Assembly (NCBI GenBank): GCA_016708025.1
Contig: JADJGQ010000004.1
Location: forward strand, 54,635-118,634
Source of the DNA: a bacterium
GTDB lineage: Bacteria; Zixibacteria; MSB-5A5; GN15; FEB-12
Length of the DNA stretch: 64,000 nt
Direction: 5' to 3'
The notes below the pieces were generated by a model that was given only the letters and a program-made list of their open reading frames with translations, did no database searches and was not told the origin of the DNA. Shown here one piece after another: positions 45,123-54,664 of the stretch (the first letter of the stretch is position 1; every line of letters begins with the position of its first letter). The position numbers were made by a program, and so were the translations under genes.

Positions 45123-46338
45123 TGAACAGATCATAGCGGCGCTGGATATCGGGACGACCAAAGTGGTCGCTCTGGTTGGCGAGATGGATGAGCGTGGCGG
45201 CATCTATGTGATCGGCCATGGAATCTCACCGGCAGAGGGACTTCGCCGTGGTGTCGTGGTGGACATGGACAAGACCGTGCGCTCGATCCAGAAAGCGGTT
45301 GAAGATGCGCAGATGGTATCCGGAACGGTGATCGATCGGGTGACGGTCGGGATCGCCGGAGAACATGTGCGGTCGATCAACAGCCATGGTGTGGTGGCGG
45401 TGAGCCGCTCGGATAAAGAAGTAACGCCGGCGGATGTGCAAAAGGCAATTGAAGCGGCGCGAACGGTGGCGATACCGGCTGATCGCGAGATCATCCATGT
45501 CATTCCGCAGGAATTTTCCGTGGATGACCAGAATGGCGTGAAAGATCCGACGGGGATGTCAGGAGTGCGGCTCGAAGTGGAAGCGCATATCGTGACTGCC
45601 TCGGTGACGACGGCGCGGAATATCTATCGCGCACTGGAGCGTTGCCGCCTGGGAATCGACCATATCGTGCTGGAGTCGCTCGGATTGGCGAATATCCATC
45701 TGACACCGCGTGAAATGAACACCGGGGCAGTGATAATAGATATCGGCGGGGATATCACGAATATGGCGCTCTTTTATGATGGGGCGATCCGGAGTACGGC
45801 GGCGATACCGCTGGGGTCACGGAATGTGACGAACGATATCGCGATCGGATTGCGGACGACGCTCGATCAGGCGGAAGAGCTGAAGATCGGCTATGGCGCG
45901 GCGCTGGCCTCGATGGTCGATCCGGAAGAGATGGTGAATGTGACGGGAGTGGGGGGGAGAGCGAGCCGGGATATCTCGCGCAATGTGCTGGCCTCGATCG
46001 TTGAGCCGCGGATGGAAGAGATCCTTTCGCTGATCGCGCGCGAACTGAAGAAGATCGGGCGGAGTGACAATATCGCGGCGGGGATGGTGTTGACCGGGGG
46101 CGGGTCGATGTTGCCGGGGACGGTTGAATTGGCGGAGCAGTTGTTTGATGTGCCGGTCCGACTTGGGCAGGTCAAAGGGCTGACGCATGTACCCGACGAA
46201 CTGAATTCAGTCCGTTTTGCGACGGCGCACGGACTCTTGTTGTACGGATTTGCGAACGAAGCGAATGCAGCAACCTCGAGCGGCGCCGTCAAAGGGTGGT
46301 GGAAGCGGATCGAGGGCTGGATCACGAAACAGTTTTAG
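45115..46338 (+). CDS. ftsA: cell division protein FtsA
   Basis: IAALDIGTTKVVALVGE actin-fold phosphate-1 motif and VLTGGGSMLPG. I preferred the GTG at 45115 (VADEQII). The upstream extension to 45061 lies inside the ftsQ tail. Confidence 0.9.
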   Translation: MADEQIIAALDIGTTKVVALVGEMDERGGIYVIGHGISPAEGLRRGVVVDMDKTVRSIQKAVEDAQMVSGTVIDRVTVGIAGEHVRSINSHGVVAVSRSDKEVTPADVQKAIEAARTVAIPADREIIHVIPQEFSVDDQNGVKDPTGMSGVRLEVEAHIVTASVTTARNIYRALERCRLGIDHIVLESLGLANIHLTPREMNTGAVIIDIGGDITNMALFYDGAIRSTAAIPLGSRNVTNDIAIGLRTTLDQAEELKIGYGAALASMVDPEEMVNVTGVGGRASRDISRNVLASIVEPRMEEILSLIARELKKIGRSDNIAAGMVLTGGGSMLPGTVELAEQLFDVPVRLGQVKGLTHVPDELNSVRFATAHGLLLYGFANEANAATSSGAVKGWWKRIEGWITKQF

Positions 46339-46376
46339 GAAACAGGAACAGGTTAAGCGCTAGAGAGGAACCAATC

Positions 46377-47813
46377 ATGCTGGAGAGCAAACATCAGTTC
46401 AACCTGGCGGCCGATTATGTCGGCTACGCCAACATCAAGGTCGTCGGTGTGGGAGGCGGCGGCGGGAATGCGATCAATCGGATGATCCAGAACAATCTGC
46501 GCGGCGTGGAATTCATCGCCATCAATACCGATGCGCAGGTGCTGGATCAGAGCATGTCCGAGAAGAAAATTCAGATCGGTCGCGAGATCACGAACGGTCT
46601 TGGCGCCGGAGCGAATCCGGATGTCGGCCGGAAAGCGGTGGAAGAGTCGCGCGCCGAGGTGATGCGCGAGATCGGCACGCCGAACCTGGTCTTCATCACC
46701 GCCGGTATGGGTGGTGGCACCGGAACCGGCGCCGCTCCGGCTGTGGCTGAATTGGCCAAGCTGTCGGGTGCATTGACGGTAGCTATCGTCACGACGCCGT
46801 TCCGGTTCGAAGGAAAGCAGCGGATGAACCGCGCTGAGTCCGGATTGGCGGAGTTGAAAAGCAAAGTTGATACGCTGATCACGATCCCGAATGAGCGGCT
46901 GCTGTCGATCGTCGACAAAAAGACGACGTTGTCGGATGCCTTTGCGACCGCCGATGAAGTGTTGCACCAGGCGACCAAAGGGATATCGGACCTGATCACG
47001 ATCCCCGGATTGATCAACTGCGATTTTGCCGATGTCCGCACAGTGATGCGTGAGATGGGTGATGCGTTGATGGGGACCGGTTCGGGCAAGGGAGAGGATA
47101 AAGCAAGTGAAGCGGCCCGCGAGGCGATCTCATCGCCGTTGTTGGGTGATGTATCGATCAGAGGCGCGCGCGGCGTGCTCATCAATGTGACCGGCGGCGA
47201 AGATATGACGCTGTTTGATGTCAATACGGCGACCTCGCTCATCTACGAAGAAGCGGGCGACAGTGCGAATATCATCTTCGGGGCGGTGATCGATCCGACG
47301 ATGAATGATGAAATGCAGGTGACGGTGATCGCGACCGGACTTGGCGAAGAGATGCCGAAAGCGAAGCCGGTTCTGGTCGAAGAGAAAAAGCCGGAGCCGG
47401 TTCGTCCGGTGGCCCAGGCTGTACCGGCCGAAGAGATGTCGTTGTTTACGCAGCCGACGGTGAATCAGCCGATAGAGCAGGTTGCTCCGCCGGCGCCAGT
47501 TGTGCCGCCCGCGCCGAAAGCGCCGATGGCTCCGCCTGCACAGCCGGTGTTCGACGCGCCGAATTATTACGCGCCGTTTGCGGATGAAGGTGTGACCGGG
47601 CCGGTTGAGGAAGTGGAAGAAGAGATGGCGACGGTGTCACCATCGGTGCCGGAATACACGCCGGAATCAGGCAACGGGAATGGTCATGGAAACGGAAATG
47701 GAAATGGCCATGCCAATGGAAATGGACATTCGAACAAGTATCGTGTGCCGAACTTCAGTGAAGATGACCGGACTATCCCGGCGTATTTACGCAGACTGAG
47801 AGGTCAGCGCTAA
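46377..47813 (+). CDS. ftsZ: cell division GTPase FtsZ
   Basis: GVGGGGGNAINRM, GGGTGTGAAP (tubulin signature) and the C-terminal conserved peptide DDRTIPAYLRR. The ATG at 46377 is preceded by AGAGAGGAA. Confidence 0.95.
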   Translation: MLESKHQFNLAADYVGYANIKVVGVGGGGGNAINRMIQNNLRGVEFIAINTDAQVLDQSMSEKKIQIGREITNGLGAGANPDVGRKAVEESRAEVMREIGTPNLVFITAGMGGGTGTGAAPAVAELAKLSGALTVAIVTTPFRFEGKQRMNRAESGLAELKSKVDTLITIPNERLLSIVDKKTTLSDAFATADEVLHQATKGISDLITIPGLINCDFADVRTVMREMGDALMGTGSGKGEDKASEAAREAISSPLLGDVSIRGARGVLINVTGGEDMTLFDVNTATSLIYEEAGDSANIIFGAVIDPTMNDEMQVTVIATGLGEEMPKAKPVLVEEKKPEPVRPVAQAVPAEEMSLFTQPTVNQPIEQVAPPAPVVPPAPKAPMAPPAQPVFDAPNYYAPFADEGVTGPVEEVEEEMATVSPSVPEYTPESGNGNGHGNGNGNGHANGNGHSNKYRVPNFSEDDRTIPAYLRRLRGQR

Positions 47814-47895
47814 CGCCGAGATAGCACGACATAAAAATGTTGATCCACCCTGATCAACTCGTAGCGTAACTGCTACTGTATTTTGGTTCCTCCAC

Positions 47896-47936
47896 AAGCC
47901 GTCGGTTCAACTACCCTACCGACGGCTTTATTATTT
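47896..47936 (+). terminator. rho-independent terminator after ftsZ
   Basis: AAGCCGTCGG-N13-CCGACGGCTT followed by TATTATTT. Confidence 0.6.
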
Positions 47937-48175
47937 GTGGGCGAACGGGTCGCCCTATTGGCGGCAGTCTACACTATTGTGCGGGTTTTACAACGGGAGA
48001 TTTTACCCACCCGGCTAAGTTGTTGGGGATAAGCAAGATATTTTTATGGTGGGCTGGGCAAGCGGGTTGCGGTAGAAGGGGGAGTATCCGGGCTAACAGC
48101 CGGATACACAGCTCTTACTGAGCTGGGTGACAACTCCTCCCTCCTTGTGCTATAGGATAGTAGATGTGTCGAATA

Positions 48176-48208
48176 CCGCCGGGTCGCTCCCCCCGGCGGT
48201 TTGTTTTT
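48176..48208 (+). terminator. orphan rho-independent terminator
   Basis: CCGCCGGG-N8-CCCGGCGG followed by TTTGTTTTT. There is no annotated gene between it and the ftsZ terminator. Confidence 0.55.
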
Positions 48209-48272
48209 GCCCATCAGCGCCATCTATCAGAAAGCCATGACTGCGTGTCTTTACGGTGGGCGGGCGAGGGAA

Positions 48273-48300
48273 TTGACAAATTGGACTCAATAGGTATATT
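48273..48300 (+). promoter_or_regulatory. sigma70-like promoter candidate TTGACA-N16-TATATT
   Basis: Read directly. It lies 64 nt upstream of the ATG at 48364. Confidence 0.4.
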
Positions 48301-48363
48301 ATACCTTACGGTTCGCGGCCGAATTCTCAGACGAACACAACCAATAAACATAGGCGAAACGTC

Positions 48364-51360
48364 ATGAAGTCATTACGTCCGGGCATAGGTGCGACCCTGA
48401 TTGCCTTCATCATTCTTCTGGCCTGTTCATCCGACAAGAATCCAGTTTCGCCAAAACCGCCGGATAATCCGGTGGTGCTCGACACCGGTGGGATTTCCCA
48501 GATCCCTGGGAACTCGTCGGATACAGCCGCAAAAGTCCTGCCGGACATCCCTTGTCATCCCGCACCGCAGGATCAGATGGATGATGATGGATTTATGCGG
48601 ACGCGGTTGAGCGCGAGCTGCATCCAGAGGCGACCCTGGGGGAACTAAACGCGGCGCTGCACTCGAACAGGCGGTGGTGACATTTGCCAATCCCAGGGAA
48701 GTTGATCTGGCGTTGCGAATTCCGGAAGTGGTCTGATGAGACGCGAAGCGAACTCAGTAGCGGCACGACTGATGGCGACAGGAGCGTTTTTGGCGGTATT
48801 CCCGGAACGCGGCAGGGCTGATGGTGGAGGATATCCTCGCACCCGGCACGGACTATACGACGTGGGAGTATTTGACACGCATCAAGATGCCGGCGGCATG
48901 GAACGCCAGAGGTTTGGCGGAGCGGCTGGGCGAACAAGTGACGGTGCTGGTGGCAGACAAGTATGCCTCACCGAACAGGCATAGCGATATACCCGCGCAG
49001 AGGTTCCTGTCGACATCGGGAACGTATGAGAACACACCGTTGTCGAGCGGGAGTATTCCGGGGAATCATGGTTTCCATGTGTGCGGAATTCTGGCTGCCT
49101 CGCTGGATGGTGACCAGGGGACCGGTGCCCATCCAGGGAATGCGGTCCTGCTTGATCTTCAGTCCTTGTCGGTGGGAGGGCAGTTGTTTCGTGAAGTCAT
49201 AGACAACCTGCGGGACCAGCTTCCGACCACAGGGCGATTCCTGGTCAACACCTCACTGGGATATAATTCGACGATTAGCGAATTTTCAAAACTACAGCGC
49301 GCGTATGATGCGATCTACTGGCGAGCATATTGCGGCGCCGCACCAGGATCGATTTCTTCATTGTACGTCGGCGGGGAACAGGGGGCAACAATCCGACGAT
49401 ACGCGGTTCTCCCATTGGAACTCACCGTTCACGATGGCATCTCACTTCGCGACCCCACAGGAGATGGCACCCATAGGCGATCACACGGTGGCAGAAGTGG
49501 CCAATCTGGTACTGTACGCGCAGCAGGTTTACGCCAGTACTCCGTCGGCGCAGAGTCCTCTGACCAATGTCGTCGTTGTGGGGAACAGTGATTATGCTGG
49601 TGCCAAAGCGCCGGAATCATGTGAACCGTCAGATGTGCGGGTTCTCGGAGACGATATCTACAATGTCTGCGCAGTGGCGGAGATAGCCGGCGGCGATGCC
49701 GGGTGTCAGGTGGAGACTGGTGAGTTGCGTGCGAAATACAGCGGTACGTCGATGGCGACACCCCAGGTCACGGGATTGGCCGCCTACCTCTGGAATCTCA
49801 GACCGGAACTAACGGTGAGTGAGGTCATATCGACCATCATTAACAACTTCCATGAAACTGATCCGATGATCCCGGGTCGGGTCGATGCTTATCAGTGCGT
49901 GACGTCGCTGGATCACAGTCTGGCGGATAGTCCAATTCGCCGTGAGCTTTTTGATGTTGCCGGGACAACTCCGGTTCCTGGAAGCAATCGATCGTTCGAT
50001 GAGAACGATTTGCAATTGTATTTCGACCAGTTCAGGGCGATCCAGGAGGCTCGTGAGAATCAGACCGGCAGGACTTACGATAACTCCCGCTATGACTTGA
50101 ACGGCAATGGTATTACCACGATCGATTCGCTGTGGATCGATTACGAAACCCAGAGATTCGATCTGGATGTCAATTCGCCGCCCTATTATGCGCTTGAAGT
50201 GGCCCAGACAATTGAAAGGCAGAACATCAAGTACAATGAGACCGAACTTTCTGATCTGGATATTCTCTGCTACTATGCCTATTCGCCGCTCTACAGCGGC
50301 GACGAACAGAAGCGGACGGAACTCTGTCTGCCGTGCCTTGGGGAGTTCGAACTTCAACTCAACATAGCGAATGAAATACACACTGGACAGCCGGAACTGC
50401 TGACAGTCAAGTTAGTGCGCAAGCCATCGGCGGATGTAACACTCAACGCTCCTGGAGTTACCATCACTGTCGACGTACTGGATGGCGTTGCGTCGATACC
50501 CGAAGGAACGACCGACAACAATGGTGAATTCACCACTGAAATAAGCGCCGACGGAACACAGCAAGAAGTCGAAATTCACGTGGAGGCGTTCTTGAATGAT
50601 GTGTTGGTTGATTCGCTGACTATTGCGCCGAGTGTGGTAGCGGAGGCGACAGTGACGATAACCGATTGGAATTTATCTTACAAGTACTCTCATTTCGTTC
50701 AAGAGTGGGATGGTACTGTAGTCATTTGCGACCGAATAGACAACGAGGATGTTGTTCAGCTTCCACTCATTGGTCACAGTGAAAACGCGTTTGCCTCCCA
50801 AGCCGGGCCATGCACAACGGATGAAGGTGCGACCTGCAACCTGATGCTCGACGCAAATTATCAGACCGACGGGACTGCAACTGATAATGGGTCCTCAGCA
50901 GTCTTGTCTCATTCTTTTTACTCAAATCATTCTGGATCCGCCAAACCAAGTACTTGGCGATCAACAGGGTGAAGTCAGTACAAAAGAAACCGTGGTGATC
51001 CTCTTTGAAATCAAGGGGAATTGGATGCAGGTAGATTTGCAAGCCACTATGAATGTCGTTGCTTATGCCCCCAAATTCACTTTCCCCCGACAGTCCTTCG
51101 TCTATAACGTTCTCGAATACTCCATTGAGGACGCTACACAGCCGCCTGGAAACGGCGCTCTCTTCTTAACGGCCAATAGTGGATCCGGGAGTAATCAATA
51201 TGCACCGTTCCTACCGCCAGGGAAATACCGCCTTGCGTTTACACTGGAGAATTACCTGTATTTGTATAACCAAAAGAACTTTTTGCCTCATCTTTCAAAT
51301 GCAGAATGTGAGATTGGTGTCGATATAACTGTGACAATTACCTCTCCTTCAGGAGGTTGA
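48364..51360 (+). pseudogene. subtilisin-like S8 serine peptidase lipoprotein, fragmented over several reading frames
   Basis: Lipoprotein signal (LIAFIILLACSSD) in frame 1. Asp (VTVLVADKY) and His (GNHGFHVCG) are in frame 2 (48821-49591). SAGNRG and Ser (GTSMATPQVTG, 49743-49775) are in frame 3 (49305-50972). The tail is in frame 1 (50887-51360). Confidence 0.7.
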
Positions 51361-51503
51361 TCGGAGACGATCTTGCGGATGAGGTGCGATGAATAGCGAG
51401 GTCACGTTGTAATGAAGTAGCTTGCTTCGCCCAGCAACTCGTCACCCTTCGACTGCGCTCAAGGCGACGAGCGAATGGGATCGCAATGACGGTGGAAAGC
51501 AAA

Positions 51504-51532
51504 CGGCAGACGGGGACGTCTGCCGCTCAAAG
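51504..51532. repeat. GGCAGACG-N4-CGTCTGCC hairpin module
   Basis: CGGCAGACGGGGACGTCTGCCGCTCAAAG, flanked by other modules (CTTCGACTGCGCTCA at 51446; ATGCCAGC-TTTC-GCTGGCAT at 51556-51575). Confidence 0.9.
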
Positions 51533-51592
51533 TGTCAGTAGCATTCGAGATTAGGATGCCAGCTTTCGCTGGCATGAGGCGGTAAAGTCCTG

Positions 51593-52912
51593 CTACTGCT
51601 CGAAGACGATCTTGCCGCCGAGGATCGTCTTGAATGTCTGACCCGACAGCTTCCAACCGATAAACGGAGAGTTGTTCGATTTCGAGAGGAACTTGTCTCC
51701 CTTCACCGTCCACTTCTTCTCCGGATCAATGATCGTAATATCCGCCACCGCGCCTTTCTTCAGTGTCCCACCCTGCAGGCCGAATATGCGCGCAGGATTG
51801 GCCGACATCTTTCTGATCGCATCGGTCCAGTCGAGATACCCTTTATCGATCAGACAGGTTTTCACCAGCCCAAGAGTCGTCTCAAGGCCGATCATCCCTG
51901 ATGGCGCCTGGTCATACTCGCAATCCTTCTCTTCGGCAGAGTGCGGGGCATGGTCGGAGGCGATACAGTCGATAGTCCCATCGACCAGACCCTCGATGAC
52001 GGCCATGCGGTCATCTTCGGTACGAATCGGCGGATTGACTTTCAGGTTGGTGTTGTACGCTTTGCCGATCTCGGTATCATTGAGCGCAAAATGATGCGGG
52101 CAGGCCTCAGTGGTGACATTCACGCCCTCGCGCTTGGCCTGACGGATAGCATCGATAGCGCGGCGAGTCGAGATATGCTGGATATGCAATCGTGCGCCGG
52201 TGAGGCGGCAGAGGGCGATATCGCGCAACACCGCGATCTCTTCGGCAACAGCGGGAGAGCCGCGCAGACCGAGGCGCGTTGATTCGAAAGACTCATTCAT
52301 CACGCCAGGGCCGACGAGGTACTGATCCTCGGCATGCTGCATCACCACCAGATTGAACATTTTGGAATATTCAAGGGCGCGGCGCATGATATCCGGGTTC
52401 TGCACGTAGTGGCCGTCATCGGTGATCGCCACACAACCCATCTTGACCAGATCACCGATCTCAGAGAGTTCCTTGCCATCGATATTCTTGGTGATCGCAC
52501 CAGCGACATACACTCGCGCAGAAGCATTCTTCGCGCGATCCTGCACGAATTTGACGGTCTCCTGATTGTCGATGCGGGGCGTGGTGTTCGGCATACAGCA
52601 GATGCCGGTATATCCACCCGCGGCCGCGGCCATGCAGCCGGACTCGATCGTCTCTTCATCTTCGCGACCAGGCTCGCGCAGGTGGACATGGATATCGATC
52701 AGTCCGGGGACAACCAGTTTCCCCTTGGCATCGATAACCTGCGACTTGTCGGCGGCTTTGATAGCCCGCTGGGTCTCGGCGGAGTCCTTCTCGACTGAGG
52801 AGATGAGGCCGTCTTTGATGAAAACGTGCCCTTCGTTGCCGAATCCCATTTCCGGGTCGAGGACGCGTCCGCCGGTGATGACAAAATCGAATTTTTGCTG
52901 CTCATGCTGCAC
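51593..52912 (-). CDS. pyrC: dihydroorotase
   Basis: DIHVHLREPG, the carboxylated-Lys region and a SDHAPH-like (ASDHAPH) motif. I preferred the GTG at 52912 (VQHEQQKFDFVITGGRV), which overlaps the pyrB stop. Confidence 0.9.
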   Translation of the reverse strand: MQHEQQKFDFVITGGRVLDPEMGFGNEGHVFIKDGLISSVEKDSAETQRAIKAADKSQVIDAKGKLVVPGLIDIHVHLREPGREDEETIESGCMAAAAGGYTGICCMPNTTPRIDNQETVKFVQDRAKNASARVYVAGAITKNIDGKELSEIGDLVKMGCVAITDDGHYVQNPDIMRRALEYSKMFNLVVMQHAEDQYLVGPGVMNESFESTRLGLRGSPAVAEEIAVLRDIALCRLTGARLHIQHISTRRAIDAIRQAKREGVNVTTEACPHHFALNDTEIGKAYNTNLKVNPPIRTEDDRMAVIEGLVDGTIDCIASDHAPHSAEEKDCEYDQAPSGMIGLETTLGLVKTCLIDKGYLDWTDAIRKMSANPARIFGLQGGTLKKGAVADITIIDPEKKWTVKGDKFLSKSNNSPFIGWKLSGQTFKTILGGKIVFEQ

Positions 52913-53843
52913 CGCCCTCTTCTTTGCGACCGGAGAGCAGATAGAGAACTGCCATGCGGACCGCCTGACCATTGGTGACCTGTTCCAGGATGACCGAGCG
53001 ATCGCTGTCGGCGACCTCGCTAGTGATCTCCACGCCGCGATTCATCGGGCCGGGGTGCATAATGGTGTAGTTTTTGTTGAGTCGTTTGAGTCGCTCTTTG
53101 GTCAGACCAAAGAGATTGGTGTATTCGCGCTGGGACGGGAAGAGGCCGGCCTGCTGCCGTTCCAACTGGATGCGCATGATATTGACGACATCGGCGCCAT
53201 CGAGCGCTTCGTTCAGATCGGTGTAGACATCGACGCCGAACTTTTCGACATCGACCGGCAGCAGCGTCTGCGGACCGCAGACCGCAACCGAGGCGCCCAT
53301 CGTTTTGAGTCCCCAGATATTGGAGCGAGTGACGCGGGAATGTTTGACATCGCCGACGAGCACTACGCGCAGCCCTTTGAGCTTGCCGTATTTCCGGCGG
53401 ATAGTGAACATATCGAGCAGTCCCTGAGTCGGATGCTCATGGGTGCCATCGCCGGCATTGATGATGTTGGCTTCCATGCACTGCGTGAGATAGTACGGAG
53501 CGCCGACGGAGGCGTGGCGGACCACCACCATGTCGATCTTCATCGCTTCGATATTCTGCACCGTGTCGCGCAGCGATTCACCCTTTTTCACCGATGAGGT
53601 GGAGGGTGAGAAGCTGACCGTGTCGGCGGAGAGACGCTTTTCGGCAAGCTCGAATGAGATGCGCGTGCGAGTGGAGGGCTCATAAAAGAGATTGAGCACT
53701 GTGATACCGCGCAGAGTGGGAAGTTTCTTTACTTCGCGGTCGAGGACCTCGCGGAACGATTCGGCGGTATCGAGGATCAGGTCGATATCGGATTTCGGCG
53801 CGCCCTCGAGCTGTAAAAGATGTCGGGAGGAGAGCTGGCTCAT
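52902..53843 (-). CDS. pyrB: aspartate carbamoyltransferase catalytic subunit
   Basis: FYEPSTRTR, HPTQ and HPGPMNRG motifs. Confidence 0.95.
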   Translation of the reverse strand: MSQLSSRHLLQLEGAPKSDIDLILDTAESFREVLDREVKKLPTLRGITVLNLFYEPSTRTRISFELAEKRLSADTVSFSPSTSSVKKGESLRDTVQNIEAMKIDMVVVRHASVGAPYYLTQCMEANIINAGDGTHEHPTQGLLDMFTIRRKYGKLKGLRVVLVGDVKHSRVTRSNIWGLKTMGASVAVCGPQTLLPVDVEKFGVDVYTDLNEALDGADVVNIMRIQLERQQAGLFPSQREYTNLFGLTKERLKRLNKNYTIMHPGPMNRGVEITSEVADSDRSVILEQVTNGQAVRMAVLYLLSGRKEEGGAA

Positions 53844-54460
53844 TTGCTTTTCCCTTTCTTTCCAGCGGGTGATTTGGTGGCTTTGGCAGGCTTGGCGGGT
53901 TTCGCGGCTTTGTCGTGGTTTTTCACGATATAGACGCGGTCGGAGCCTTCTTTTTCTTTCACTTCGAGCACGACCTGGTCGGATTTGGCGGTCGGGATAT
54001 TGATGCCGACATAATCCGCCTTGATAGGGAGCTCGCGATGGCCGCGGTCGACGAGGACGGCGAGCTGGATCGTTTTCGGGCGGCCGAAATCGATGATCTG
54101 GTCGAGCGCGGCGCGGATAGTCCGGCCGGTGAAGAGAACATCATCGACGAGGATGATATTCCGTCCGGCGACATCGAAGAGGATATCGGTGCGCTGGACG
54201 ATCGGCTGGTCATGTTTGGAGCGGACATCGTCGCGGTAGAGGCTGATATCCATGAGGCCGACCGGGACTTTGACGCCTTCGAGTTTTTCAAGAGTGGCGG
54301 CGATCCGTTTGGCGAGAAACGCGCCGCGGGTGAGGATGCCAATGATCGCGAGCGACTCGGCGCCGGAATTGTGCTCGAGGATCTCGTGCGCAATACGGGA
54401 GAGGGCCCGCTGGATCTTGGTATCATCCAGCAGCAGATCAGACTTATCTGACAGGGGCAT
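53840..54460 (-). CDS. pyrR: bifunctional pyrimidine operon regulator / uracil phosphoribosyltransferase PyrR, with Lys-rich C-terminal extension
   Basis: PRPP-binding motif (IILVDDVLFTGRTIRAAL) and the PyrR-type N-terminus. There is an extra C-terminal KAAKPAKPAKATKSPAGKKGKSK. Confidence 0.9.
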   Translation of the reverse strand: MPLSDKSDLLLDDTKIQRALSRIAHEILEHNSGAESLAIIGILTRGAFLAKRIAATLEKLEGVKVPVGLMDISLYRDDVRSKHDQPIVQRTDILFDVAGRNIILVDDVLFTGRTIRAALDQIIDFGRPKTIQLAVLVDRGHRELPIKADYVGINIPTAKSDQVVLEVKEKEGSDRVYIVKNHDKAAKPAKPAKATKSPAGKKGKSK

Positions 54461-54473
54461 TCGGATTCCTTTT

Positions 54474-54491
54474 GTGACCTCGCAGGATCAC
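54474..54491 (-). promoter_or_regulatory. candidate PyrR-binding hairpin in the pyr leader
   Basis: The minus-strand RNA GUGAUCCUGCGAGGUCAC has a loop region, AUCCUGCGAGGU, that resembles the PyrR binding loop consensus (ARUCCAGAGAGGYU). It lies immediately 5' of the AAGGA SD and ATG. Confidence 0.4.
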
Positions 54492-54521
54492 TTTAAAAGG
54501 TTGGTTTTTCTAGCTGGCGGG

Positions 54522-54549
54522 AAAATAGCGGATTGTGGGGCAGTGTCAA
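54522..54549 (-). promoter_or_regulatory. sigma70-like pyr operon promoter candidate TTGACA-N16-TATTTT
   Basis: Read on the minus strand. It lies about 60 nt upstream of the pyrR ATG. Confidence 0.4.
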
Positions 54550-54664
54550 GGGCGGGGGGAAGAAAATGTAAGTGGTTGGGGGGAGAGGGGAAAGAAAAGG
54601 CGAAAGCACCATGAATGACGGGGCCCTCGGCCTCGATTAAACGGATCGGTGATATCCGCATTGC

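Noticed and set aside
47668-47732. GGAAAT-like microsatellite considered as a non-coding tandem repeat.
   Set aside because: It lies in frame inside ftsZ and encodes the GN/GH linker. It is reported as a coding repeat instead.
48164-48367. 67-aa ORF just upstream of the S8 gene.
   Set aside because: It runs through an intrinsic terminator hairpin and the candidate promoter. Its composition is Arg/Pro-rich and it has no SD.
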